Assembly: GCA_947380295.1 (NCBI GenBank)
Contig: CANCQK010000001.1
Coordinates: 210,144 to 274,143 of the forward strand
Source of the DNA: Bdellovibrionales bacterium
Lineage (GTDB): Bacteria > Bdellovibrionota > UBA1018
DNA: 64,000 nt
Reading direction: 5' to 3'
The notes beneath the pieces were generated by a model, which did not search any database, was not told the DNA's origin, and was given only the letters and a program-made list of their open reading frames with translations. Shown here piece by piece: positions 19,998 to 30,008 of this stretch (within the stretch, counting starts at the first letter, position 1; every line of letters starts with the position of its first letter). Position numbers and translations under genes: made by a program.

Positions 19998-21275
19998 CTA
20001 GGTCTCGTCCCAGTCAAAGGCTTGAACTTCAGAGATCGTTTCAGACTGGGTGAGCACCATCACGAGGCGGTCAATTCCTAGTGCCATTCCTGCCCCAGGG
20101 GGGATTCCTTGTTCAAGGGCCTGGATATAACGATGATCGAGTGTCACGTCGCGTTGACCGGAGTTCTTGCGGCGGTCGCGCTCGCGCTGGAAGAGATTTC
20201 GCTGCTGCTCTGCGTCCGTCAAAAACGGAAATCCGTCTGCAATTTCGATCCCACAAATATAAAGTTCACTGCGCTCAGAGACAGTCGGATCAGTCAAGCT
20301 CAGCTCGCCTGAGGAGACCATGAATGCGGGCCATTCCTGCAGAAATGTTGGGGTTGTGCGCCCGAGGTGGGGCTGGAGTTGATCGAGCAAAAACGAGAGC
20401 ACGAGGTGTTGATCCGTGAGGAAGTTCTCAGGAACTTGGATGTTGGCGTTCTTCGAGGATTGAAGGAGGGTTTCCAGTGAGAAGTCCTTGAGTCCTGTGA
20501 CTCCAAGGTATTTTTCAAATGCATCACGAACGGTGATTCGCTCCCAGGTGGATTGCATGATATCGATTCGCTCGCCTTGGTATTCAAGGTAGTTGTTGCG
20601 GGGGTAGAGGGCAACGAACGCTTTCTTAATAAAGCCTTCCGCGTCCTTTTCGATCTCATCCAGATTGCCATAGGCTCGAGCCCATTCGATCATAGTGAAT
20701 TCAGAGGCGTGGTAGCGGCCTCGATCATGGGCTCTAAAATTTTTGGTCAGTGTGAACACTTTTTCAAAGCCACCCACCATGAGGCGCTTGATCTGATACT
20801 CGGTCGAGGTGACGAGGTATCCTGCGCTGTCAGTAGAGGTTGAGCCGGTGGGGATGGACTCAATATGACTATCCGGGCATGTGCCTTTCACGAGGAGGGG
20901 TGTTTCGACTTCGAGATAGTCCATGTCATAAAGAAAGTTTCGAACCGCAGTGAGGATCTCTTGTCTCTGGCGCAGTTTGATCATGCGAGACTTTTTGCCG
21001 ACGGAGCGTCTCCAACGGAGCGTGTCTGAAAGGGGGTCCCAAGACTGAGTCTTTTTCCCGATGGGCTGCACGGAAATGACTTGGTCCTGATCGTCGGTTC
21101 GGATGGTGACGAGCTGGCCTTGACTGAGAGCCTGAGGTTCAATGGAAGGGGGGAGTGTGAAGATTTGGGAAACCGACTCTGAGAAAAGCTCAATCCAGGG
21201 GCCGTGCTTTTTGCTGGGGTGGTCCTGACCCGACTCGACGATTCTTCCTTTGTACGTGTTTTTCATGCGAAACAT
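19998..21275 (-). CDS. Class II lysyl-tRNA-synthetase-like protein (EpmA/PoxA/GenX family, elongation factor P lysyltransferase-like) with an N-terminal extension of about 100 aa
   Basis: Class II aaRS core with LEVETPLL motif 1, FRAHDRGRYHASEFTMIEWA motif 2 and GMALGIDRLVM motif 3. Too short for a full LysRS. Confidence 0.55.
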   Translation of the reverse strand: MFRMKNTYKGRIVESGQDHPSKKHGPWIELFSESVSQIFTLPPSIEPQALSQGQLVTIRTDDQDQVISVQPIGKKTQSWDPLSDTLRWRRSVGKKSRMIKLRQRQEILTAVRNFLYDMDYLEVETPLLVKGTCPDSHIESIPTGSTSTDSAGYLVTSTEYQIKRLMVGGFEKVFTLTKNFRAHDRGRYHASEFTMIEWARAYGNLDEIEKDAEGFIKKAFVALYPRNNYLEYQGERIDIMQSTWERITVRDAFEKYLGVTGLKDFSLETLLQSSKNANIQVPENFLTDQHLVLSFLLDQLQPHLGRTTPTFLQEWPAFMVSSGELSLTDPTVSERSELYICGIEIADGFPFLTDAEQQRNLFQRERDRRKNSGQRDVTLDHRYIQALEQGIPPGAGMALGIDRLVMVLTQSETISEVQAFDWDET

Positions 21276-21346
21276 CCTTTAGGCGCGGAGTGTAAAATTT
21301 CTCAACACCAATTGCAAATTTTATCGGAAAAAGCGATGGTTTCTCC

Positions 21347-22390
21347 ATGAGTTTGATTCCCCGAAACCCTGATCAGAAGCCGCAACTCTCTTTGTTTCGA
21401 TCCCACCTAGATTTTTTGAAGCATGGACGAGGCGAGCACTCAGAAAATCAAACTCGGCTGAATGAGATTCTAAAGATTTTCAAACAATCCTCAGATCTGG
21501 GCTGTGCTCTCGACCTTTCTGGTGAGCGGCTGGCGACTCGGGATGAGCTCATGAGAGTGCATACGGCAGACTATATTGATCGAGTTTTTGCAATGGAGGG
21601 CAAGCAGGGAGAGATCGATCATGAGACTCCTCTTTCGGAGGGTTCGGTGCGGGCGGCTCGGCTTGCCGCTGGCCTGGGGCTTGAGCTGGTGGATCAGGTT
21701 TTAGACGGGCCCGCGAAAAATGGGTTTTTGATGGCTCGTCCGCCAGGACACCATGCCAGACCTAGCCACGGCATGGGTTTTTGTATTTTCAATACCTTGG
21801 CACTGATGGCTCATCACGCCCTGTGTCGAGGCGTGCAGCGAATTTTAATCCTGGATTGGGACGTTCACCACGGCAATGGAACTCAGGAGTCCTTTTACGG
21901 CGAAGATCGAGTTTTATTCGTCGACCTCCATCAGGAGAGCTTGTTTCCTAAGGATACGGGGATGGCCCAAGAACGAGGCGAAGCCAAAGGTTTAGGCTTT
22001 ACCTTCAATATCCCGCTGCCGCATTCGTGTGGGGACGCAGATTATCTTGCGGTACTTAGAAAATGGGTGGCTCCGCGAGTCTCTGCCTTTCGACCCGAAC
22101 TCATTTTGGTTTCCGCAGGGTTTGATGCCCATATTTCAGACCCACTCGGGTCGATGAGTTTGAGTACGACTGGATACGGTCAAATGACTCTACTGGTGAA
22201 AGCTTGGGCTGAAGAGTTCTCTCAGGGGAAGGTGATCTTCAATCTCGAAGGGGGATATGATCCTGCAGCTCTAGCGAAAAATGTTTTCGAATGTGCGCGG
22301 GTTTTGGCGGGTTTTCAACCTCACCCTCTTTCAGGGGGTGGCGAAGTGAGAGACGACCTCGAAGACTGGATGGCGAAGGTGATTCCATGA
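21347..22390 (+). CDS. Histone deacetylase superfamily amidohydrolase (AcuC/acetylpolyamine amidohydrolase-like)
   Basis: PPGHHA...GFCIFN and LDWDVHHGNGTQ zinc-binding signature motifs. 347 aa. Confidence 0.8.
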   Translation: MSLIPRNPDQKPQLSLFRSHLDFLKHGRGEHSENQTRLNEILKIFKQSSDLGCALDLSGERLATRDELMRVHTADYIDRVFAMEGKQGEIDHETPLSEGSVRAARLAAGLGLELVDQVLDGPAKNGFLMARPPGHHARPSHGMGFCIFNTLALMAHHALCRGVQRILILDWDVHHGNGTQESFYGEDRVLFVDLHQESLFPKDTGMAQERGEAKGLGFTFNIPLPHSCGDADYLAVLRKWVAPRVSAFRPELILVSAGFDAHISDPLGSMSLSTTGYGQMTLLVKAWAEEFSQGKVIFNLEGGYDPAALAKNVFECARVLAGFQPHPLSGGGEVRDDLEDWMAKVIP

Positions 22391-23106
22391 ACTCCATTTT
22401 AAATCAGGTCCCCGACTGGGGGGGCGGCACTGGGTCCGACGCAGAAGCCTGGGTGAGTCGAGGGCTTCGGCGGGTTCGTCACCTACAAGTTGAGTCTGTG
22501 GAGTGGGAAACGTTGGTCTTGCAGAAAATCCCTAGTGTGCCTGACTGTTCATCTCACTTAAGATGCTATGCTGACCCTGTTTGGAGAAGATGGGTTTTGG
22601 CTTTATTTTTTGCAGACTTGGCATCTTATTCAGTGGCTTCAGACCAAGTTGAGTTTCATCGGCTTGCCTATTTAGTTGCCTCTTTTCCGCAGGGATTCAC
22701 CCTGGCCTGGGCTAAAATCGCGGGAGAGTATTGGCCTGTGGGTTACACCGGGTGGTACCCAATGTCTCGAACCACTTTTGAGACCTTTCAAAATCGACCA
22801 GAATCCCTCAAAACTCGGATGGTTGTCCCTGTTCCTGAGTCTCAGGGAGTGCACCCACTGGTTTATCTATTTAACTACAGCGTGGCGCCGTCTTTCAAAA
22901 AGACACCCTTCTCCAAAATGCTCATGAAAAACTACGCCCAGGAATTGGCTTCTCAAGATCCGGGAGGACTAGCCGCCATAACGGTTTCGGATGACGGGAG
23001 TCGAATTGCCCAACGATTTGGACTGAGCCTGGTGGGTGAATTTCGACTGGGCAACGAAACCGAGCGAGTATTTTTGACTGAGACTTGCGCTCTCCCCACG
23101 GTTTGA
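22387..23106 (+). CDS. Hypothetical protein
   Basis: The start MNSIL at 22387 forms an ATGA overlap with the stop of the HDAC-like gene. The track ORF starts at 22291 inside the upstream gene. No confident motif. Confidence 0.4.
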   Translation: MNSILNQVPDWGGGTGSDAEAWVSRGLRRVRHLQVESVEWETLVLQKIPSVPDCSSHLRCYADPVWRRWVLALFFADLASYSVASDQVEFHRLAYLVASFPQGFTLAWAKIAGEYWPVGYTGWYPMSRTTFETFQNRPESLKTRMVVPVPESQGVHPLVYLFNYSVAPSFKKTPFSKMLMKNYAQELASQDPGGLAAITVSDDGSRIAQRFGLSLVGEFRLGNETERVFLTETCALPTV

Positions 23107-23130
23107 GTATACCCAATTAGTCCCCCGTGC

Positions 23131-23206
23131 GCCGATGTAGCTCAGTTGGTAGAGCAACGCTTTCGTAAAGCGTAGGTCGTCCGTTCAATCCGGATCATCG
23201 GCTCCA
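23131..23206 (+). tRNA. tRNA-Thr (anticodon CGU)
   Basis: Manual cloverleaf. Acceptor GCCGATG/CATCGGC, D-arm GCTC-AGTTGGTA-GAGC, anticodon stem ACGCT/AGCGT with loop TTCGTAA (anticodon CGT), T-arm GTCCG-TTCAATC-CGGAT, discriminator T, encoded CCA. Confidence 0.9.
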
Positions 23207-23770
23207 TTCAATCACTTTAAAACTCTCCCGGAGATGAAAATCTGGCTTTTCCCCACAATGAGCAAGGGCCCAGTACGATTTACTGGTGTCGCGCATTTCT
23301 ACGATTACCGTCAGGCCTAAAAGTAGGTTTTGGGCTGCGTCATGGGTCATATTGGGCAGGTGCGCCAAGTCTAATTCAGCTTCAATCAGGTACGAGTCTG
23401 TAGTTTTAGGTTCTGGCCTGCTCACGTGAACCGCCTGTATTTTTCCCTCTTGAATTTGGCCCTGCCGATAATCGCTAAAACGGTAAAAATTCCAATCCCC
23501 GCTGGGTGCCAAATTGAGCTCCCAGTAGGTCGATGCGTCCGGAAGTGCGAGGAACGCCTCAAAGCAGGTGTGTTGCCATAAGAGATCTTTTCTCTTCGGT
23601 GAGTCTAGCCCCGGCGGTTGCGTTGGAAATAGGACTGATGAAACGTCAGGGCCTTGAATCTGGTAGCGTAACAGGAGGCGCTGCTGATTCACCTGTGCCT
23701 GAACTGAAATCTGAAGATCTGGGTGTTCCGCAAGTGAAAACGGAATCAGATTGAAAAGGGGAGAATTCAA
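23195..23770 (-). CDS. Hypothetical protein
   Basis: 191 aa, no recognised motif. Its stop codon lies inside the 3' end of the tRNA-Thr gene (12-nt overlap). Confidence 0.4.
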   Translation of the reverse strand: MNSPLFNLIPFSLAEHPDLQISVQAQVNQQRLLLRYQIQGPDVSSVLFPTQPPGLDSPKRKDLLWQHTCFEAFLALPDASTYWELNLAPSGDWNFYRFSDYRQGQIQEGKIQAVHVSRPEPKTTDSYLIEAELDLAHLPNMTHDAAQNLLLGLTVIVEMRDTSKSYWALAHCGEKPDFHLRESFKVIEWSR

Positions 23771-23783
23771 GTGCTTTTGGATC

Positions 23784-24056
23784 CTAGTTTGAGCTGGACT
23801 CGGTTTCAGTGCTGCCTGCTGGCTTCTGTTTTTTCTCTGAAAACCCAGGCATTCCAGTCATTTTGAGAAGGGTTTTGAATTGTTTGGTTTGCTGATCTAC
23901 GAACTCAGTCCCCTTTTTGAGTGAATCTGGGTAGCGGGACATCACTTCCTGTGTCAGCGGATTTTCGATAGCAAACTTCATCCACTCGGTGGAAGTGTCT
24001 TTAGCGGTGGAAATAAACTGTTCGACGGTTTCAGTCAGTACTTGGTTGAGTTTCAT
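23784..24056 (-). CDS. Small hypothetical protein (helical, Lys/Glu-rich)
   Basis: 90-aa ORF directly upstream of the 23195-23770 gene on the same strand. Confidence 0.3.
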   Translation of the reverse strand: MKLNQVLTETVEQFISTAKDTSTEWMKFAIENPLTQEVMSRYPDSLKKGTEFVDQQTKQFKTLLKMTGMPGFSEKKQKPAGSTETESSSN

Positions 24057-24174
24057 TCGTAGTCCCCTGCGTTAAAAATGCTCTGATTGGATCAATCTCA
24101 ATTTTAGACCACCCGTCCTGACGTCGTCTAGGCAAAACATGAAAAAAGCTCAAAAATGAGATAAAGCTAAAATC

Positions 24175-25146
24175 ATGAAACCAATTGATCCGCGCGCAAA
24201 AATTTATGTGGCTGGCCATCGAGGTATGGTGGGTTCGGCCATGGTTCGTCTCCTGAAAAACAAGGGTTTTGAAAATGTCATTACTCGAACTTCCTCTGAG
24301 CTCAATCTCACCCGACAGGCTGAGGTGGAAAGTTTTTTTCAGAGCGAAAAACCCGACTACGTTTTTGTTGCAGCTGCCAAAGTGGGCGGGATCATTGCCA
24401 ACCGAAACGACCCGACTGGATTTCTCTACGACAATCTGATGATCGCATCCAACGTGATCCGCGCCGCGGCTGAATCGGGCACCGAAAAACTGCTTTTTTT
24501 GGGGAGTTCCTGCATTTTTCCTAAGCACGCGGAACAGCCGATCCGTGAGTCTAGCATTTTAACTGGGGCGCTAGAGCCGACCAACGAGGCCTATGCCATC
24601 GCCAAAATTGCTGGCCTCAAGCTCACCGAATACTACAACCGCCAATACGGCAAACGATTCATCTCAGCGATGCCACCTAATTTATACGGGTATGGTGATA
24701 ATTTTCATTTGGAGAACTCCCATGTGATTCCCGGGCTGATGCGAAGGCTTCATGAGGCCAAGTTGGCCTCCTCTCCTGAGTTTATCGCTTGGGGAACTGG
24801 AACACCTTTGCGGGAGTTCATGTTTGTGGATGATCTAGCGGACGGGTGTTTTTTTCTACTCCAAAACTACGAGGAGCCTCTGTTTATCAATTTAGGGTCT
24901 GGCGAGGAAATATCCATTCATGCATTGGTGCATCAGCTTGCTGAGGTCGTGGGTTACCAGGGTAGAATAGCTTTTGATTCATCCAAACCGGATGGGACGC
25001 CTCGCAAATTGATGGATTCATCTCGAATTCATCAGCTAGGTTGGCACCATAACACTTCGCTCAGAGAGGGGTTGAAATTGACTTATGAGTGGTATTTAAG
25101 GGGTCAGGTGCTTAGACTAGCGAGTCCCGGAAAAACCTCAGTATAG
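24175..25146 (+). CDS. fcl: GDP-L-fucose synthase (GDP-4-keto-6-deoxy-D-mannose 3,5-epimerase/4-reductase)
   Basis: [15 protein letters not shown]-terminal motif, YAIAK catalytic motif. 323 aa. Confidence 0.85.
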   Translation: MKPIDPRAKIYVAGHRGMVGSAMVRLLKNKGFENVITRTSSELNLTRQAEVESFFQSEKPDYVFVAAAKVGGIIANRNDPTGFLYDNLMIASNVIRAAAESGTEKLLFLGSSCIFPKHAEQPIRESSILTGALEPTNEAYAIAKIAGLKLTEYYNRQYGKRFISAMPPNLYGYGDNFHLENSHVIPGLMRRLHEAKLASSPEFIAWGTGTPLREFMFVDDLADGCFFLLQNYEEPLFINLGSGEEISIHALVHQLAEVVGYQGRIAFDSSKPDGTPRKLMDSSRIHQLGWHHNTSLREGLKLTYEWYLRGQVLRLASPGKTSV

Positions 25147-25250
25147 AGTCCATTTTAGGCTGAACTAGACAAAGTAATAGGAATGCTCTAAAAAAATATT
25201 CTGAAAAGTGTCCGACTTCTGGGGAGCTCTCAAAATCTAAGAGGTATCGA

Positions 25251-26501
25251 ATGTTCAAGTTGTCCAAAAGTCACCTATTTAGGGGGCTTAGTTTGTCCGA
25301 GATTCTATGTGGCTCATTTCTACTGACCACAACTTATTTGACTTTTTTATATCACTTTCGAGGTCTAACTTTTACTGATGGTGTCAGTGTACCTATTATA
25401 AATCCTATTGGAATTGACTTCAGAGCTGTTCATGAGTGGTCGCAAAGTCTATTTAAAAATCCGACCAATTTTTTTAGTGCTCAGACGAATGTTTATCCTA
25501 TTTTTTCTGCGATCCTTTTCTGGCCTTTTACTTTATTGAGTCCTTTTTTGGGGTATCGGATAGCTGTCGTTCTATCTATTGTTAGTCTATTTTTAACTGT
25601 TTCAGTCTTATTTATCCAAGATCGAAGTCGGTCCTTAAAAGCTAATTTGACATGGATATTTCTTGTTTGTGTTTTTTTGTTTCAAACCTATCCGGTGCTC
25701 TTTTGTCTCGAAAGAGGAAATCTTGATATTATTATCGGGTTTCTGATGGCGCTTTCGATACGCTATTACTTACGCGATCGTTACGGGTTGTCGGCTTTAC
25801 TTTTAATGCTGGCTACCCAAATAAAAGTTTATCCAATCATGTTTAGTTTTTTGTTTCTTGCGGGTCGGAAATGGAAGGCTGTTGCTTATTATGGGTTATT
25901 TAACGTTTTGGCTTTGTTTGTTGTTGGGGTAAATGGTTTCAATTATACAGTGGCCGGGATTGTATTAGTCAAAAATCAACCTTATTTATGGGAGGGGAAT
26001 CATTCGATTTTTTCATTTTTTCATTTTTTGAACTCAAGTCGTTTTAATTGGATAACCCCAAATTTTTTGCCCTTATCGCAAGCTATTGTGGTCCTTTACT
26101 TATTGGGTGTTTTGTATTTGACAGCGCTCGGGTATTGGAATTCTAATGCAAAGAGGATAATTCCCAATATTCAGGTTTTTTTTCTAGGTCTCGTAGGTTA
26201 CTCATTCACTTTGATGTCTTTGGTGCCTAATTTGAGCCACGACTATAGGCTTGTTGTACAAATTATACCGTTTATAATGCTGTGTTCGTCGTGTCACTGT
26301 CATGAGTTTCTCAAGTCTGCGGAACGTCAGTCTTGGGGTGTTGTAGTCGGTGTTTCTCTCGGCTATTTGTTTGCGCCCAGAGTTACTCTGAATCACGTGC
26401 CAAAAACCCCAGCGCTCATCGTATTGAGTATTGCATATTTTTGGTTAGCTGCGAGGGCAATGAAACAGCCTTCTACTTTAAATACTCTCGCGGTGTCTTG
26501 A
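25251..26501 (+). CDS. Polytopic membrane protein, AT-rich gene. Candidate O-antigen polymerase or GT-C-like glycosyltransferase.
   Basis: 416 aa and about 10 TM helices. Local GC is clearly lower than in flanking genes. Confidence 0.4.
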   Translation: MFKLSKSHLFRGLSLSEILCGSFLLTTTYLTFLYHFRGLTFTDGVSVPIINPIGIDFRAVHEWSQSLFKNPTNFFSAQTNVYPIFSAILFWPFTLLSPFLGYRIAVVLSIVSLFLTVSVLFIQDRSRSLKANLTWIFLVCVFLFQTYPVLFCLERGNLDIIIGFLMALSIRYYLRDRYGLSALLLMLATQIKVYPIMFSFLFLAGRKWKAVAYYGLFNVLALFVVGVNGFNYTVAGIVLVKNQPYLWEGNHSIFSFFHFLNSSRFNWITPNFLPLSQAIVVLYLLGVLYLTALGYWNSNAKRIIPNIQVFFLGLVGYSFTLMSLVPNLSHDYRLVVQIIPFIMLCSSCHCHEFLKSAERQSWGVVVGVSLGYLFAPRVTLNHVPKTPALIVLSIAYFWLAARAMKQPSTLNTLAVS

Positions 26502-26593
26502 GTTAAGGGATTGATCCGGACACGACACAATGAGAAAACAAGATAAAAATGAACGAAAACGCAATACATATACCAAAATCTAGGGAATTCTAA

Positions 26594-27670
26594 ATGGGCA
26601 CCTTAAGGACTTTATTTGCTTTAGCTGTTGTGTTTGCTCATTCATATGGAAATTTGTTTGTTGGCGGGCGAAATGCAGTTCAACTTTTTTATATGATATC
26701 TGGTTTTCTTATTTCTTATGTGATTGTTGAGAGAAAAACGTATTCAAGCATAAAAAGTTTTTATATCAACAGATATTTGAGGCTTTATCCTATTTACTTT
26801 GTGGTAGCTAGTTCAACGCTAATTACATACTCAATTGCTGCTTTTGGATTAGGTAAAAAAGTAGAGTTCTTTAACGTCTATTGGAATGCACCATTGGTAG
26901 CCAATGCTTTACTTGGGTTTTCTAATATTTTCATATTTCTACAGGACTGGGTCATGTTTTCTGGAGTTGAACATAATCAACTCGTTTTTTTAAAAGACTT
27001 CTTCAAAAGCGACATTGTTCTGTACAAAGGGCTTCTTGTGCCACAAGCTTGGACTTTAGGTGTTGAGCTAAGCTTTTATTTAATAGCACCATTTATTCTG
27101 CCTAAAAAAAGAATAGTGCTGAACTTGCTAGCTCTGTCCATAGTATTGCGAATATATTTAATTTATATTGGGCTCGGTCGCCAAGACCCCTGGACCTATA
27201 GGTTTTTTCCAACTGAATTGTCGTTGTTTTTACTCGGTGCTATTTCACATCAAGTTATTTTGCCTTTTTACATAAAAATTTTTTCAAAAGAAAGAGTTGA
27301 AAAATATTCAACATTTTCAACCTACTTGCTCATTCTTATAACGCTCGTGTTTTGGCTTATTCCTGTAAATGAACTAATAAAAACTGTTGCGCTATTTACT
27401 ATTTTTTTATTCCAGATGCCTTTAGCATTTTTATTCCAATCTAAGAGGGATTGGGATAAGTGGGTTGGCGATTTAAGTTATCCCATATACATATGTCATA
27501 TGCTCGTCATTTATGTGACCGGTTTTTTTATGGGAAAACTGGGGATTGAAAATAATATCGTTATAAGTCTTACCGTCGTAGCTCTTTCGATATGCTTTTC
27601 TATAGCTTTGAATGCTTACATTGGAAAACCAGTTGAAGCTCTGCGTAGCAGGTTTAGAGTTGCACACTAA
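26594..27670 (+). CDS. Acyltransferase family 3 membrane protein (OafA/OatA-like O-acyltransferase)
   Basis: MGTLRTLFALAVVFAHS N-terminal signature of the acyltransferase-3 family. 10 TM helices. AT-rich. Confidence 0.75.
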   Translation: MGTLRTLFALAVVFAHSYGNLFVGGRNAVQLFYMISGFLISYVIVERKTYSSIKSFYINRYLRLYPIYFVVASSTLITYSIAAFGLGKKVEFFNVYWNAPLVANALLGFSNIFIFLQDWVMFSGVEHNQLVFLKDFFKSDIVLYKGLLVPQAWTLGVELSFYLIAPFILPKKRIVLNLLALSIVLRIYLIYIGLGRQDPWTYRFFPTELSLFLLGAISHQVILPFYIKIFSKERVEKYSTFSTYLLILITLVFWLIPVNELIKTVALFTIFLFQMPLAFLFQSKRDWDKWVGDLSYPIYICHMLVIYVTGFFMGKLGIENNIVISLTVVALSICFSIALNAYIGKPVEALRSRFRVAH

Positions 27671-27795
27671 ACAAGCTCTACAGCGTAAGCACTTCGTAAA
27701 TGGAGTTGCCCCTTCAAGACTGAACTGCTTAGCCGTTTAGTTTCTATTTTTGCTGTCATCTGAATTGCCCCGGTGATCGTTGCTTTGGCAAATGT

Positions 27796-29847
27796 CTATC
27801 TTACTGGGAACTTCAAAAGCGAGGTTGATATTCGCTCAAAAAGAAATTTAGATCCAGCTTCAGAAAGATGACCTTGGTCGATCGCACTTAATTCTTCGGG
27901 CAGGCGTCCAATTCTAGCAACGCACCGACCGGCATTACAAAGGGTTTGGTAGGCGGAAATATAGGTAGCGCCCAATTTTGGAACTTCCTTGGCTAAGAAT
28001 TGGTCAAATGTTTCTATTTCTTTATTTAGTCCGTCGTCAATGTATAGAGGCAAGACAGTCGAGTCTCCATTGCTTCGCAAATATTTAAAAACGGTTTTCG
28101 GCAGGCCATCACGCCAACCACCCCACTGGGGGACTGGTCCCAGAATAACAATTCGACTTGATTTAGATAGACGTATTATTTCTGGAATAGTTTTACGGAG
28201 TTTTTGAAGTAGCCAGGTCTTCTCTCCATATTCGCTCCAGAAGGCGTGCATCAGGACTATTTCCGGCTTTTTTGCAGAAATAAGGTTTAAAACGTCGTTA
28301 TTCCATCGATTCATTCTGGTGGATTCAGCACACCCATTGCTCCATTCAATATTAAGGAGTGGCGGAGTTCCGCAGGAAGTGGCCTGGCTAATTCCAAAAT
28401 GTAGCGAATCTTTTCGTGACTGCTGTAAGTGATGGAGTCCAGGGTACAAGCTCGCAGCGTACGAATCACCCCAAATGAGAATTAGAGGTCGTAAGTGATC
28501 AACGCACTGAGGTTCACCTACCTGGATGTTTCCCCCAGAGTTTGAGTCGTAATGGCAGGAACCGAAGCGAGCTAGTGACTCGAACTTGAATTCAATTGGC
28601 CTGGCAAAGTTACGAATGGTCTCTGGATATGAATTTGCAAAACCATCCGAACGGTATGCAATCCATCCAAACACTCCCAGTCCTGCCAGCAGTGTGGTCA
28701 AAATCAAAGTGCTAAGCCCCTCGTGAGAACGGCTTCGAATGGGCTTTTCAATGAGTTGATAACTTAGCCAAGCCAATAGGAAGCTTGCCGCAAGGATTGT
28801 TCCTTTATGCAAATGGTGCCAATGCGAGACTTCTGACAGCTGCGAGAAGAAAACGAAGAGTGGCCAGTGCCAGAGATAGAGTGGGTAACTGATCAAGCCT
28901 ATCCAGACCGTCGGATAGGCTGCTAGCAGATTACGATTAATCCAAGCTCTTGGACCAGAGGCTATTATGAGTGCCGTACCAATAACTGGGACAAGCATAT
29001 TCAATTCTAGAATTTTAGATGTTGGACCAAGTAAAGCGACCCCAGACAGGATTAAACTGATTCCGATCAAGGAGAGCATTTCACGCAAAAGCCTGGGTAT
29101 GTTCTGGCTTCGTTGCTGGATATTCGGCAGCGCAAGCAGTGAACCCACTCCGAGTTCCCAAATGCGAGATAAAGGCCAGTAAAAGGCGATTTTTGAGCTA
29201 TGCCGTAACTCCAAAAAGCTGAAAATAGCAGAGAAAAATACGACGGATGTACAAAACTTGAACTGGTTTAGCTTCTTTCTAAAAAGTAAAAACAGAAAGA
29301 GCGGCCAGCAGAGATAAAACTGTTCCTCCACGGCCAGTGACCATAGATGAAGCAATGCCTTTGAATCTGAACTAGTATCAAAATATCCCGCTTCATTGGA
29401 CAGAATGAAGTTAGAGGTAAATGCTGCTCCTCCCGCGATGTGCTTGCCCAATAGTCGATAATCCATTGGCATCAAAATGAACCAACCTGCAATGAGCACA
29501 AATAGTAGCACAACGATAAGGACTGGAAAGATTCGTCTTACCCTGCGGGAATAAAATTTTGAAAAAGTGAATTGATCTCGCTGAAGATCACCTAAAATAT
29601 TTTTACTAATTAAATAGCCTGAGATTACGAAAAAAATATCAACGCCGCTGAACCCGCCGCGAATCCAGCGAGGGAACAAATGGTATCCAACCACCGCTAG
29701 GACGGCAATGGCTCGAAGTCCGTCGATGTCGGGTCGATAAGTCTCCGATAGTGCCACTGGTTGAAGTAGTCTTCTCCAAAAACCAACTTTTCCGCATTTT
29801 TGGGTGCCGGTGCTTTCTTGATCTTCAGTAAAGCTAGGGTTCATCAT
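27796..29847 (-). CDS. Acyltransferase family 3 protein with a C-terminal SGNH hydrolase-like domain (OafA-type O-acetyltransferase)
   Basis: DGLRAIAVLAVVGYHLFP motif, about 10 TM helices, then a roughly 300-aa soluble domain (WGDSYA...). 683 aa. Confidence 0.8.
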   Translation of the reverse strand: MMNPSFTEDQESTGTQKCGKVGFWRRLLQPVALSETYRPDIDGLRAIAVLAVVGYHLFPRWIRGGFSGVDIFFVISGYLISKNILGDLQRDQFTFSKFYSRRVRRIFPVLIVVLLFVLIAGWFILMPMDYRLLGKHIAGGAAFTSNFILSNEAGYFDTSSDSKALLHLWSLAVEEQFYLCWPLFLFLLFRKKLNQFKFCTSVVFFSAIFSFLELRHSSKIAFYWPLSRIWELGVGSLLALPNIQQRSQNIPRLLREMLSLIGISLILSGVALLGPTSKILELNMLVPVIGTALIIASGPRAWINRNLLAAYPTVWIGLISYPLYLWHWPLFVFFSQLSEVSHWHHLHKGTILAASFLLAWLSYQLIEKPIRSRSHEGLSTLILTTLLAGLGVFGWIAYRSDGFANSYPETIRNFARPIEFKFESLARFGSCHYDSNSGGNIQVGEPQCVDHLRPLILIWGDSYAASLYPGLHHLQQSRKDSLHFGISQATSCGTPPLLNIEWSNGCAESTRMNRWNNDVLNLISAKKPEIVLMHAFWSEYGEKTWLLQKLRKTIPEIIRLSKSSRIVILGPVPQWGGWRDGLPKTVFKYLRSNGDSTVLPLYIDDGLNKEIETFDQFLAKEVPKLGATYISAYQTLCNAGRCVARIGRLPEELSAIDQGHLSEAGSKFLFERISTSLLKFPVR

Positions 29848-30008
29848 CTGAAGGTATTATCTGAACGAAAAACTTTTGCAACGGGCTATTGACTGATCTA
29901 TCAGATGGAAATCTGAGGAGAGTTCATGCATTGGGACTTCTCGTTGATTGCTTTTCTGCGGAAAGGAGACTTTGAAATGGTGTCGGGATTGTGCTAGCTT
30001 TCAGTTCT

